DNA of 32,000 nt from Candidatus Iainarchaeum sp. (GCA_043808785.1 JAZDEL010000006.1:81831-113830), one strand, 5' to 3'. Counted from the stretch's first letter, positions 1-8,770 are shown. Made by a program: numbers and translations. Notes: generated by a model from the letters alone, not told the origin.

Positions 1-429
1 CATAATTGGCACGACAAACCCGTCCATCTTAATCAAACCCCCGACCAAACCCGTATCGAAGCGGGTTATTTTTTTGTTTTTCTGGGTTATGCACGCGCTC
101 GCTTGGGAAGGGAAGGCAAGCAGCCCTTCCTCGTTGAAAATTTCAACAACCTTCGCGCACAGCCTTTCCATCGAATTGTGCGTTTCCACGAAACCCTTAA
201 CCTGCTCCTTAGTGCGCACGCCGTTGTTTATTCCATATTTTTCAACAGGCACGTGCCCGAAAGGCCCCGCGCCCAAAACAATGATGAGTTTGAATTTTTT
301 CTCAGCGGAGGCGCGCTTAATTTCCTGCGCGATGCGCCTCACGGCATCTTCCCTTACCCTTGCTTCCCCCGAAGCCTTGTCCGTGATGACGCTTCCCCCT
401 AATTTGGTTATGTATAAGTTAGCGCTCAT
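1..429 (-). CDS. ipk: isopentenyl phosphate kinase (amino-acid-kinase fold); N-terminal part only, continues past window start
   Basis: Absent from the ORF track because it is open to the window edge. My translation from the ATG at 429 is MSANLYITKLGGSVITDKASGEARV...FKLIIVLGAGPFGHVPVEKYGINNG...FDTGLVGGLIKMDGFVVPIM. It has the KLGGS and GxGxFGH motifs of the IPK family. ATGA start/stop overlap with the upstream gene (426-429). Confidence 0.8.
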   Translation of the reverse strand, partial: MSANLYITKLGGSVITDKASGEARVREDAVRRIAQEIKRASAEKKFKLIIVLGAGPFGHVPVEKYGINNGVRTKEQVKGFVETHNSMERLCAKVVEIFNEEGLLAFPSQASACITQKNKKITRFDTGLVGGLIKMDGFVVPIM

Positions 430-818
430 TTTATTATCACTGTTCCTTTATCCGCATCAACCTCAACCATGCTTCCGCTTTTTATTTTTTCAATTTCAAT
501 CTTATCCACGCACGGCACGCCCGAGATTATCGCCCCCACGGCAACAATTGTTTCGCACTCGGCGTTAACAATCGCGGCGGGCGCCTTGCCGTTCTTCTTC
601 AATCTGTAAAGCGTGTAAGAGCCCACTGTGCTCCCCTTTCCCTGCGGGAACACAAGAACCTTTCCCGAAACGCTTTTCCCCTCCAAATCGTGCCCCTTTT
701 CAACAACCTTGCCTGTATCAGGGTCCACGCCCCCGTAAAAGGAAATCCCCATCTTCGAAACAAGCGCCTCGCCCTTTGCTTTTCCAGGGGAGATTTTCCT
801 GCCTTTGAGTTCGGTCAT
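426..818 (-). CDS. aconitase X swivel-domain protein (DUF126); putative phosphomevalonate dehydratase small subunit
   Basis: 130 aa. Typical DUF126 pattern: GKAKGEALVS..ISFYGGVDPDTGKVV...GKVLVFPQGKGSTVGSYTLYRL...APAAIVN. ATGA overlaps on both sides, and it is adjacent to the AcnX catalytic subunit. Confidence 0.85.
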   Translation of the reverse strand: MTELKGRKISPGKAKGEALVSKMGISFYGGVDPDTGKVVEKGHDLEGKSVSGKVLVFPQGKGSTVGSYTLYRLKKNGKAPAAIVNAECETIVAVGAIISGVPCVDKIEIEKIKSGSMVEVDADKGTVIIK

Positions 819-2002
819 TCAGTTGCCTCCTTTACACAGGCATCCAAATCACGCATTTTAACCTTGAACCCGTGCTTCCCCGAGCAATAATACGCACTCT
901 TCGCTGAATTAGTCGCAATGCATTTGAACCTTCCCTTTATTGGGGCAACAACCATGCATGTGTCGCACGCGAATTTTGCGCCAGCGCGCTCGATTTTCTC
1001 AGTGTAACCCATCGTGTCCGCGATTTTCTTAGTAGGCCTCGCTGTGCAAACCCAGAACTCCTTCCCCGCCTTTACCTTTTTCCCTTCGAGCAGTTCCGCA
1101 AGTTTTGCAATTTCCTTTATGCTCGCGTGCGGGCAGCCTATGCTTATTATGTCCGCGGCTTCCGAAGGGGAGGCGGTATTCATCTTCGCCTTTGCCTCAT
1201 CAATATCCTTGCGCGAAACAGCAAAACTCTCGCCCGGAGTTTTTGTTTTATCAGGGGTTACCCTCTCCATATGGAACATCGCGGTTCCGCCATAAGTGGC
1301 AATGCTCGCGCTCAAACTCTTGAGTTCCTCGATTGAAGCATTTTTAACCCCGATAATTAGCGGAATTTTGTTTTTTATTTTATTCCCAATCACGTGTCCA
1401 AGTGCGCCGAAATCCGTCTCGCCATTAAGTTCAGTTTCAACAGTTACCTTAACCTGTGCCTGCCTGTTCTCGTCAAGATGCAGGCCGAATTCGGGCGTTC
1501 TTCCCGCAATCGCGGCTGCAATCGCGCTTGGGCCGCCCTCCCTGTTAGTGCGCGCGCCGAGAACCGAGTTAGCAAAGCACACAGCGCTCGACTCGCTCCA
1601 TGCAATATGCTCCCCGAACCTCGGCAAATTCCCGATTAGGTAAGGGGTGCAGGTACAAGTAGTTACAATCCCCATCTTCCTGAAAGCGTCAATAACTAAT
1701 TTTTGCTTTTTCGCAAACTCGGGCGGAATGCCAAGTGCCTCCCAGTTCTCCAAATCCATCCCCGCAGGGTTAAGCGTTGTCAGCACCCTTACCATGCCAT
1801 CCTTCGCCATTTCATCAAGGAATTCCAGCCCCGCATCCCCGAGGTTATCATAAGAAACCCCTGCAACCTGCACGCTTGCAACAGGCACCATCCTCTCCGC
1901 GCCGAAAATCTCCCCGAGCGCAACGAGAATTTCCATGCTCTTCTTTGCCGCGTTCCCGTGCTTTCCAGCGAGCATTTCCTGCTCTTCTTTTGTAAGTTGC
2001 AT
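815..2002 (-). CDS. aconitase X catalytic domain protein (DUF521); putative phosphomevalonate dehydratase large subunit
   Basis: The track ORF starts with GTG at 2020. I prefer the ATG at 2002 (MQLTKEEQEMLAGKHGNAAKK...), a typical AcnX N-terminus preceded by AAGGGA. Full-length ~395 aa, overlapping the small-subunit gene. Confidence 0.88.
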   Translation of the reverse strand: MQLTKEEQEMLAGKHGNAAKKSMEILVALGEIFGAERMVPVASVQVAGVSYDNLGDAGLEFLDEMAKDGMVRVLTTLNPAGMDLENWEALGIPPEFAKKQKLVIDAFRKMGIVTTCTCTPYLIGNLPRFGEHIAWSESSAVCFANSVLGARTNREGGPSAIAAAIAGRTPEFGLHLDENRQAQVKVTVETELNGETDFGALGHVIGNKIKNKIPLIIGVKNASIEELKSLSASIATYGGTAMFHMERVTPDKTKTPGESFAVSRKDIDEAKAKMNTASPSEAADIISIGCPHASIKEIAKLAELLEGKKVKAGKEFWVCTARPTKKIADTMGYTEKIERAGAKFACDTCMVVAPIKGRFKCIATNSAKSAYYCSGKHGFKVKMRDLDACVKEATE

Positions 2003-2037
2003 GCTTTTTCCCTTCTGCACAAAAACAATGTTGAACC

Positions 2038-2775
2038 TTATATTAATGGTTTCTTCATCTTAAGGAACCCTGTTGGGCGCCTTTTCACCCTTAAGTCCCT
2101 TTGCGGGAAATGTTCGTAAATCGGCGTGTTGTTCCGTCTCGTTTCCAGCGCAAGCCTAGCCTTTTGATAGTTGTCAATCAGTGCATTTAGTTCCTTTTTC
2201 GGCACATTTCCTGCGGCGTGCGCTTGCTGGATTTTTTTGTGCAGGCTGAGTAATTCCCATTCAAGCCTGCCGACTTTTTGAGAGGGCGGGATTATGTGTT
2301 CAGCGGCATGGCTCTCAATAGCCGATTTGAGCCCGACAGGCATTTCCGTGGACGGTTTGCCAATTTTTTTCTTCCGCTGCCCGAGTTTCCTTGCAACTTT
2401 GTTTATTTCATTTAACGAATGTACTAGCAGGTCGTTTAACGAAACGAAGTGCACTCCGCTGCCCTTGAGGGCCGCCTTCGCTATATTTTTGTAGTCCGCG
2501 GGCGCAGCGGTATATGCAATAACCGTGCTTTTTTTGGCGGCAGACCTCAGAAAAGGTTCAAGGAAAACAATGTGTGGCCACTTGTCATGGAATAAATCTG
2601 ACATAACAACATCAAAGGTTTTACTTTGTATCAGCCCATTTGCCTTCGTAAAGTCGTCACACACGGTTATTTCGCAATTAGCCCACTTCTTCATATAAGA
2701 AACGAGCGACTCCGACAACTTCGGGCTGTCTTCCACAAGCAGGACTTTTGGCACCCCCGTCTTTTGCTTTGCCAC
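2038..2775 (-). CDS. CheY-like receiver domain protein with uncharacterised helical C-terminal half
   Basis: 245 aa with a GTG start 2 nt after the UbiD-like stop. N-terminus reads KVLLVEDS...FDVVMSDL...VIAYTAAP, so the acidic pocket, phospho-acceptor Asp and Thr positions are recognisable. The conserved Lys position appears to be missing (HFVSLND). The C-terminal ~110 aa are basic and helical with no motif I recognise. Confidence 0.6.
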   Translation of the reverse strand: MAKQKTGVPKVLLVEDSPKLSESLVSYMKKWANCEITVCDDFTKANGLIQSKTFDVVMSDLFHDKWPHIVFLEPFLRSAAKKSTVIAYTAAPADYKNIAKAALKGSGVHFVSLNDLLVHSLNEINKVARKLGQRKKKIGKPSTEMPVGLKSAIESHAAEHIIPPSQKVGRLEWELLSLHKKIQQAHAAGNVPKKELNALIDNYQKARLALETRRNNTPIYEHFPQRDLRVKRRPTGFLKMKKPLI

Positions 2776-2777
2776 AG

Positions 2778-4085
2778 TTAGTTCCCCTTCAAAAATTTGC
2801 CAATGTCAACCTTCGGCACAGGCACCTTTGAAAAATCCTTCCCGTGCGCAACTATGGGCTTCGTCATGTCGAACCCCGCCTTGCACGTCGCCCTCGTGTT
2901 CGGGTCCGCGCTCGGGTCTATGCTCGACCCTTTTTCATTCGGCTTCATAACGAAATCCTTGTCCGCCTGGAAGCGCGTTGACATCGCCCACTCGACATCC
3001 TGCGGATTGTAGATGTTTATGTCGTCATCAACAACAAAAACATGCTTGCACGACCTGTGCCCGCGCATTGCGGCTTCAATAGCCCTCTTCCCGTCCTCTT
3101 CCGCGCGCTTCTGTATCTGCACAATCACGTGCAGCCACGAGCACCCGCCCGTGCTTACAAAAACATCCCTGCATTTCACGCCCGCCTTCTCCACTTCCTT
3201 GAATACCGTGGGCTCCTTAGGCATCCCCATCAGCAGCCTGTGCTCGTAATATGAGGAAAGAAGCGCGTGGTAAATAGGGTTCTTCCTGTGCGTGATTTTC
3301 TTCACCTCAAAAACAGGCTGCTCCCTCTGCACGTCCATGGTTCCCGTCAAATCAACAAACGGCCCCTCCTTCGCGGTTTCCTTTGTGAAGCGCCCTTCAA
3401 GGACGAACTCGGCGTCGGCGGGAACCATGACGTCCGTGCTTTTTGCTTTTGTTATTTTCAATGGTTCAAGCGTGTTTGCAATCGTGAACTCGTCGATGCC
3501 GAGGTCCACGGATGTCGCCCCCGCAAGCAGCACATTCGGGCTCATGCCTATGCAGAACGCGGCATCAAGTTCTCCGTCATTGCGCTTTATGAACTCGTTC
3601 AGGTGCCTCTCAAGTATGCGCATCGTGAACTTATTTTTCCCAATCTGCAGCGCCCTGTGGAAAGAAAGGTTCATTCCCGCCTCGCGGTCGCGTGCAAAGA
3701 CAATGCCGGCCGTAACATAGTTGCCTGCTTCCCCCCCGAAGTGGTGCAGCAGCGGCAGCTTGTCAAGGTCAACAGGCATCTCCATTTCCTTGCATGGCGC
3801 GTCCTTCACAACCGCAGGCTCCGTCCTTGCATCCAGCGCCCTAATCATGCGCGGAATTAATTCCCGTGTTTTTATCCCGAAATACTCCGCAATCAAATCC
3901 TTCGTGCTGAAAAAATTCGCGGCAGTCCGTATTCCCGTTCCCCCGATATCCTCGAAAACCATCGGCTGTTCCGGCATTGCAGCCATTATCCCCGCAGCCT
4001 CGAACTTCTTCGAAACCTTGCCTGAAATTTTCCTGACCCTGCCCTGCTTCTCCAATTTTGCAACGAACTCCCTGAAACCCATCAT
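2778..4085 (-). CDS. UbiD-family decarboxylase; putative anhydromevalonate phosphate decarboxylase
   Basis: 435 aa with UbiD-like features throughout (e.g. FVVDDDINIYNPQDVEWAMSTRFQADKD). GGAGGG lies 5 nt upstream of the ATG. Flanked by UbiX, MVK and AcnX genes. Confidence 0.88.
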   Translation of the reverse strand: MMGFREFVAKLEKQGRVRKISGKVSKKFEAAGIMAAMPEQPMVFEDIGGTGIRTAANFFSTKDLIAEYFGIKTRELIPRMIRALDARTEPAVVKDAPCKEMEMPVDLDKLPLLHHFGGEAGNYVTAGIVFARDREAGMNLSFHRALQIGKNKFTMRILERHLNEFIKRNDGELDAAFCIGMSPNVLLAGATSVDLGIDEFTIANTLEPLKITKAKSTDVMVPADAEFVLEGRFTKETAKEGPFVDLTGTMDVQREQPVFEVKKITHRKNPIYHALLSSYYEHRLLMGMPKEPTVFKEVEKAGVKCRDVFVSTGGCSWLHVIVQIQKRAEEDGKRAIEAAMRGHRSCKHVFVVDDDINIYNPQDVEWAMSTRFQADKDFVMKPNEKGSSIDPSADPNTRATCKAGFDMTKPIVAHGKDFSKVPVPKVDIGKFLKGN

Positions 4086-4133
4086 GAACCCTCCAAACCA
4101 TTGCCGCGTTTTTTGTTTTGTTATTTTGTTTTT

Positions 4134-4727
4134 TTATTTCCGATTCCCCGCAATTGCTTGCTTTCCTTCCCAGCGCCTGTAAAGGTTGTTCTCCAACCCA
4201 ATTAAATCCATAACCTTCCCCGCAACAAAGTTCTCCAAATCGCCTATGGTTTTGGGTTTGTGGTAAAACCCGGGGCTGAGCGGAAAGACAATCCCTCCGG
4301 CAACCGCAATCTTGTGCAGGTTCTCGAGTGCGGGTGCGCTCAGCGGAGTCTCCCTCACGCACACGACCAGCGGCTTCCTTGTGCGCAGCATGTTGTCGGC
4401 ACAGCGCGTTATAAGCGTGTTTGTGTACGCATTAGCAATCCCCGAGCACGTCTTCACGCTCGTGGGAACAACAACCATTGCATCCACTTTAAACGAGGTG
4501 CTTGAAACCTTTGCCCCCATCTCCTTTTCCGAGTAGTGGAAGTGCGCCAGTTCTTTTATTTGCTTTGCCCCAATGTTCGCTTCGGCCTTAACCAGTTCCT
4601 CCGCCCACTCGCTCATTATCAGGTGCATCTCAACGCCCCTTTCCTTCCCCAGCGCCTTAAGCAGTGCAACCGCGTAATTCACTCCAGATGCGCCGCTCAT
4701 TGCAATAATTATCCTGCGCTTAGCCAT
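4134..4727 (-). CDS. ubiX: UbiX flavin prenyltransferase (prFMN synthase)
   Basis: MAKRRIIIAMSGASGVNYAVALLKAL...VVPTSVKTCSGIANAYTNTLITRCAD. The ATG at 4727 lies 1 nt after the MVK stop. The track start at 4736 is GTG. Confidence 0.9.
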   Translation of the reverse strand: MAKRRIIIAMSGASGVNYAVALLKALGKERGVEMHLIMSEWAEELVKAEANIGAKQIKELAHFHYSEKEMGAKVSSTSFKVDAMVVVPTSVKTCSGIANAYTNTLITRCADNMLRTRKPLVVCVRETPLSAPALENLHKIAVAGGIVFPLSPGFYHKPKTIGDLENFVAGKVMDLIGLENNLYRRWEGKQAIAGNRK

Positions 4728-4728
4728 G

Positions 4729-5667
4729 TCACACACCGATTCTTGTTTTCACACTCGAATATCCGAGTTTTTCAATCGCTTCCGCAACCTTCCCCTGCAG
4801 GTCCTTCCCTGGCGTGAGCGCAACCATAAGCCCGCCCCTTCCTGTGCCTGTCAATTTTGCCCCCAGTGCCCCCGCACCGCGCGCGGCACCAACCATCTCA
4901 TCCAACTCATCACAACTAACCGTAATTTTTTGCAGGAGTCCGTGGTTTTTGTTCATCAGACCGCCAACCTTTTTGAAGTCGGAAGCAAGCAGGGCTTTTT
5001 TCGCCTCCTCCGCAATTTTTTCATACTCATCAAAAACCTTCGCGGTTTCGTTTGGTTTTTCATCCTTAAGCCTGCGCACGTCAGCAATCACTTCCTTAGT
5101 GCTGCTTGTCCTCCCGCTGTTGCCTAGCACAATCTCCACAGGCTTCTCCATTTTCAGTTTCTCCATTTCGTTCTTCCCCCCATCAGCGCCCTTCCTGAAA
5201 ACAATCATCCCGCCGTAAACCGCCGCGGTATTGTCAATCCCGCTCGGCGTGCCGTGCGGCCCCTTCTCGCCCTCATATGCGGCCTCGTTTATTTTCTCAT
5301 TATTCCGGCCCATTTTGAACTCGTCATCAATCGCCCGTGCAAGCGCGGTAGCGCACGCCGCGCTCGCCCCCACGCCCGAAGCCGCAACCAATGTTCCGCC
5401 AAGCGTGATGCGCACCTGCTCCTTCACGCCCATGAACGCAAGCACATTCTCAATCAGCGCCTCGTATTCCCCGCGCTTCTGAACCTTATACCCCGGTGTT
5501 TCGGGCCTGTTGTCAACAAGTTCGTATTTTTTCCCGTTTGCCAATTTCACGCGCCCGACCTTGGCAGTTGTCGCATCCCCGAGCGCGCACGCAATCGCGG
5601 ACATTCCATAAACAACGAAATGTTCGCCGAAAAGGATTGTTTTCCCGAAGCCCGAACCAGTGCCCAT
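4729..5667 (-). CDS. mvk: mevalonate kinase (GHMP kinase)
   Basis: MGTGSGFGKTILFGEHFVVYG..., plus the GHMP motif GGTLVAASGVGASAA and C-terminal GAKLTGTGRGG. The track start at 5748 is TTG and translates an A-rich spacer, so I chose the ATG at 5667. Confidence 0.9.
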   Translation of the reverse strand: MGTGSGFGKTILFGEHFVVYGMSAIACALGDATTAKVGRVKLANGKKYELVDNRPETPGYKVQKRGEYEALIENVLAFMGVKEQVRITLGGTLVAASGVGASAACATALARAIDDEFKMGRNNEKINEAAYEGEKGPHGTPSGIDNTAAVYGGMIVFRKGADGGKNEMEKLKMEKPVEIVLGNSGRTSSTKEVIADVRRLKDEKPNETAKVFDEYEKIAEEAKKALLASDFKKVGGLMNKNHGLLQKITVSCDELDEMVGAARGAGALGAKLTGTGRGGLMVALTPGKDLQGKVAEAIEKLGYSSVKTRIGV

Positions 5668-5788
5668 TGCAACCAACCGCGCCCAAAAAACCAAACCGCC
5701 ATCCAAAAAACAGAAAACGGTTTTTTGTTTTTCGTTTCCGCCAACCAAGAAACCAAATGCGTTTTTGTTTTTTTATTTCCGCTTCCCC

Positions 5789-6190
5789 TTACTTCACGAC
5801 CCTGAACTTGTAGCCGTAGGCAATCGCCCCTTCTTTCCTCTGCTCGGAAATCTTCCTGAAAACCTTCTCCACATGTGCGCCTATCCTTACCTTTTCATTT
5901 TCGCTGTCCACGACCTGGCTTAACAGCCTCGCGCCGTTCTCAAGTTCTATTATCGCAAGGAAATAAGGCGTTTCGTGGTCGAACCCCGTGGGTCCTGTCA
6001 TTACCTCCGTGTATGAAATAACCTTCCCCTTCCTCGGCATCTGCTTTGCTGAAAGCTTCCCGCGCCTCCTGCAGTTCGGGCAAACTCCCCTTGCCGGGAA
6101 GAAATCCTCGCCGCATGTGCTGCACGAATTGCCGGCAAGCGTGTAGCGCTCGGGGAACTTCCTCCAGATTAACGGCAGTGCTTCGCTCAT
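5789..6190 (-). CDS. DUF35 OB-fold/zinc-ribbon protein (scaffold of the archaeal thiolase/HMG-CoA synthase complex)
   Basis: MSEALPLIWRKFPERYTLAGNSCSTCGEDFFPARGVCPNCRRRG... shows a CxxC...CxxC ribbon followed by an OB-fold-like C-terminus. The ATG at 6190 lies 1 nt after the upstream stop. Confidence 0.85.
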   Translation of the reverse strand: MSEALPLIWRKFPERYTLAGNSCSTCGEDFFPARGVCPNCRRRGKLSAKQMPRKGKVISYTEVMTGPTGFDHETPYFLAIIELENGARLLSQVVDSENEKVRIGAHVEKVFRKISEQRKEGAIAYGYKFRVVK

Positions 6191-6191
6191 T

Positions 6192-7478
6192 TCATGCACC
6201 CCCCGCAACACAATATGCGAATTTATTTCCCGTTAATTTCCTCTCGACAAGCCCCTCTTCAGACATCCGCAATAGAACATCGCGCACATGCCTTCCCGAC
6301 CTTTTGCACGCCTTTGAAATGCCCGAAGCGGTTGCGAGAACGCCCTGCGCATTAAGATTTGTGATTGCTTTAATATAGTTCTCCGAAGCCTCGTGGCGCG
6401 GGAAAGACTCGAGCCCGTCAACATACCTGCCAAGAACATGCACGAGTTTGTTTTCCTTCCGTTCCAGGCCGAAACCGACCTTCTCGAGATATTTCCGCAG
6501 GTTCTCCCTACCGCTTATTATAAGTGTCCAATTGAGCGTAACTTCCCCGCTGCTTTTGAAATTGCGCCCCCTGACGACTATTTTTGATTTAATGCCCATG
6601 ACTTCCAATGACTGCTGAACATCCGACAGCAACTGCGGCTTTTTTGCGGCAGTTTCTTCCGCAGCGGTTGTGGGGCATATCAGAGTAATCACCCTGCAGT
6701 GATAATTATCCACAACACAGCCGTCATCGTCAAACAGCCGTCTCAGGAGGGCTATAAGCGGCTTTCTATCGCCCGCCGCAATGAACTGCCTGGGAATTCC
6801 TAATTCGTAATTATAATTTTTGTTGCCGTCAGGAATCCCGATAGTGCCGAGGATTACGCCGATTATTTTGGGGAAAATTACGCAGGGCACGCCGCTTGTC
6901 GACCTGTGGCGTGCAAACCTGACATCGCCAAATGTGGAAACAACCGCACCCACAAAACTATCGACCTGCTGGCGCTCGTTGTTGAAGTACCAGACGCGCA
7001 TCTTGCTTTTTTCTATCCCGCCGTCGCCCAAAACTCCGCCAACAACAAGCCCGAATTCCTCGGTCAAAATTTCGAAAGGCAGCTTCGGGTTTTTTATTTT
7101 CTCTTTTGATTTCAGGGTTTTCAATTCAATTACTTTCTTTTCTATCTTCCGCCCGTTAATGCCAAGTTCATCCGCAGCCCTGGCCAAAAACGAAAGCGGC
7201 ATGCCGCTCCTTCCGACGGAATACCGCCTTGCGGATTCGCCCCTGCCGAGCCCGAAAGCCCTTGCGATTGCGGAAAACGAGCCGTGTTTCTTCAAGAGCG
7301 CCCCGAATAGTTCCTTCCTGAACTCGGCATCCAGCGTAACGCGAATTTTGCCCGCAGGCAAATCAAAAAGGGAAATGCTCGCCATTTCATCTTCACCAGC
7401 AATAAATATGTTTTTTATCCCCTTAAATAGTTTCGGGAGAGTGCATTTCCGGTGCGAAACAGAAATTTCCGTATTCAT
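6192..7478 (-). CDS. free-standing double-motif LAGLIDADG homing-endonuclease-like protein with N-terminal HTH-like and C-terminal winged-helix regions
   Basis: Two LAGLIDADG motifs are present: FGLVVGGVLGDGGIEKS and LIALLRRLFDDDGCVVD. The C-terminus (ISKACKRSGRHVRDVLLRMSEEGLVERK) looks like a wHTH. The ATG at 7478 forms an ATGA overlap with the thiolase stop. Codons are visibly richer in A/T endings (GAT, ATT, AAT, TAT) than in neighbouring genes. Confidence 0.8.
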   Translation of the reverse strand: MNTEISVSHRKCTLPKLFKGIKNIFIAGEDEMASISLFDLPAGKIRVTLDAEFRKELFGALLKKHGSFSAIARAFGLGRGESARRYSVGRSGMPLSFLARAADELGINGRKIEKKVIELKTLKSKEKIKNPKLPFEILTEEFGLVVGGVLGDGGIEKSKMRVWYFNNERQQVDSFVGAVVSTFGDVRFARHRSTSGVPCVIFPKIIGVILGTIGIPDGNKNYNYELGIPRQFIAAGDRKPLIALLRRLFDDDGCVVDNYHCRVITLICPTTAAEETAAKKPQLLSDVQQSLEVMGIKSKIVVRGRNFKSSGEVTLNWTLIISGRENLRKYLEKVGFGLERKENKLVHVLGRYVDGLESFPRHEASENYIKAITNLNAQGVLATASGISKACKRSGRHVRDVLLRMSEEGLVERKLTGNKFAYCVAGGA

Positions 7479-8644
7479 CTTTTCCCCTCCAGTGCCTGCA
7501 AAATGTGAATCACGCATGTTGCCCCACTCCCCCCGATATTGTGCGTCAGCCCTATGTGCGCATTCTTAACCTGCCTCTTCCCCGTAACCCCCCTTACTTG
7601 CTCGCAAATCTCGATAGCCTGCTTAACGCCTGTTGCGCCGACAGGGTGCCCGCATTTAAGCCCGCCCGAGGTGTTAATCGGGATTTCACCTTTTAGTGCG
7701 GTTTTTCCGTCCTCGCTTGCTTTTCCCCCTTTGCCCTTTTTGAAGAACCCCAAATCCTCTATTGCAAGTATTTCCGCGATTGTAAAGCAGTCATGCACTT
7801 CCGCCAAATCAATATCCGAAATCTTAAGTCCCGACTGCCTGAGCGCCTCCTGCACCGCAACCTTCGTCGCCCACAGTTCGGTAAGGCTCTTCCTGCTAGC
7901 AACGGCAAGAGTATCCGAAGCCTGCGCGCTCGCAATAATCTCGACAGGTTCCTCACACAGTTTTCTTGCCTTATCCGTCGCACACAGGATTGCCGCTGCT
8001 GCACCGTCGCTGATGGGCGAGCAATCCAGCAGTTTCAGGGGAGTTGCAACATACCCTGAATTCATCACATCCTCAATTGTAATTTCATTGTGGAATTGTG
8101 AGTGGGGGCTGTGCATGCCGTTCGCATGGTTCTTCACTGCAACAGCGGCCATCTGTTCCTCCGTTGTTTTGAACTCGTGCATATGCCTCCTTGCAAGCAG
8201 CGCATAGAGTGCGGGGAAAGTTGCGCCCTGGAAAAGCTCGGTTTCCTGGTCCCCCGCGCCCCCCAAAGCAAAGCCCGCTTCCTCGGTGCTTACCTCAGTC
8301 ATCTTCTCCGCCCCGCCGACAGCAACAACATCATACATTCCGGAAGCGATCGCGTGGTAAGCCGCCCTAAGGGCAACCCCGCCAGAAGCGCATGCAGCCT
8401 CAACACGCGTGCTCGGCGCGGGATTCAGCCCTAACTGATCCGCAATAAGCGCCCCAATATGCTCCTGCCCTATGAACCTTCCAGAAGCCATGCATCCGCC
8501 GTAAACCGCCTCTATATCCGCCCCGCTTATGCACGCGTCGCTTATCGCCATTATTCCCGCCTCGGCAATAAGCTCGCGGAACGACTTGCCCCAGTGCTCC
8601 CCGAATTTCGTTATGCCCGCGCCGATAACCGAAACGCTCCTCAT
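7475..8644 (-). CDS. archaeal-type acetoacetyl-CoA thiolase
   Basis: MRSVSVIGAGITKFGEHW...VEAACASGGVALR (nucleophile Cys)...GLKCGHPVGATG...NIGGSGATCV. ATG at 8644; the track start at 8653 is GTG. Confidence 0.9.
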   Translation of the reverse strand: MRSVSVIGAGITKFGEHWGKSFRELIAEAGIMAISDACISGADIEAVYGGCMASGRFIGQEHIGALIADQLGLNPAPSTRVEAACASGGVALRAAYHAIASGMYDVVAVGGAEKMTEVSTEEAGFALGGAGDQETELFQGATFPALYALLARRHMHEFKTTEEQMAAVAVKNHANGMHSPHSQFHNEITIEDVMNSGYVATPLKLLDCSPISDGAAAAILCATDKARKLCEEPVEIIASAQASDTLAVASRKSLTELWATKVAVQEALRQSGLKISDIDLAEVHDCFTIAEILAIEDLGFFKKGKGGKASEDGKTALKGEIPINTSGGLKCGHPVGATGVKQAIEICEQVRGVTGKRQVKNAHIGLTHNIGGSGATCVIHILQALEGKR

Positions 8645-8770
8645 GCCGCGCACCCCGTGCCAATGCCGATTGCGGAAACGCCTCTCATAGCATCAACCCT
8701 TTCGACAAATTTTCCCGCAAAACCCCGCCCGTGAACCCGCGCGCGGTTTTTTGTTTTTTTGCCGCCCCCG

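Noticed and set aside
74-568. Plus-strand ORFs 74-568 and 103-402 at the window start
   Set aside because: The minus strand carries clear IPK and AcnX small-subunit coding sequence across this interval. The plus-strand translations are low-complexity and have no motifs.
5668-5748. N-terminal extension of mevalonate kinase (track start at 5748)
   Set aside because: The start codon there is TTG, and the extension translates the A-rich spacer motif. MGTGSGFGKTILFGEH is a normal MVK N-terminus. A TATA-like element ~25 nt upstream of 5748 keeps this slightly open.
6192-7478. LAGLIDADG protein as an intein of the thiolase or DUF35
   Set aside because: It has its own ATG and TGA. The thiolase ends with a normal C-terminus and DUF35 starts normally. 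I saw no Hint-domain splice-junction residues.
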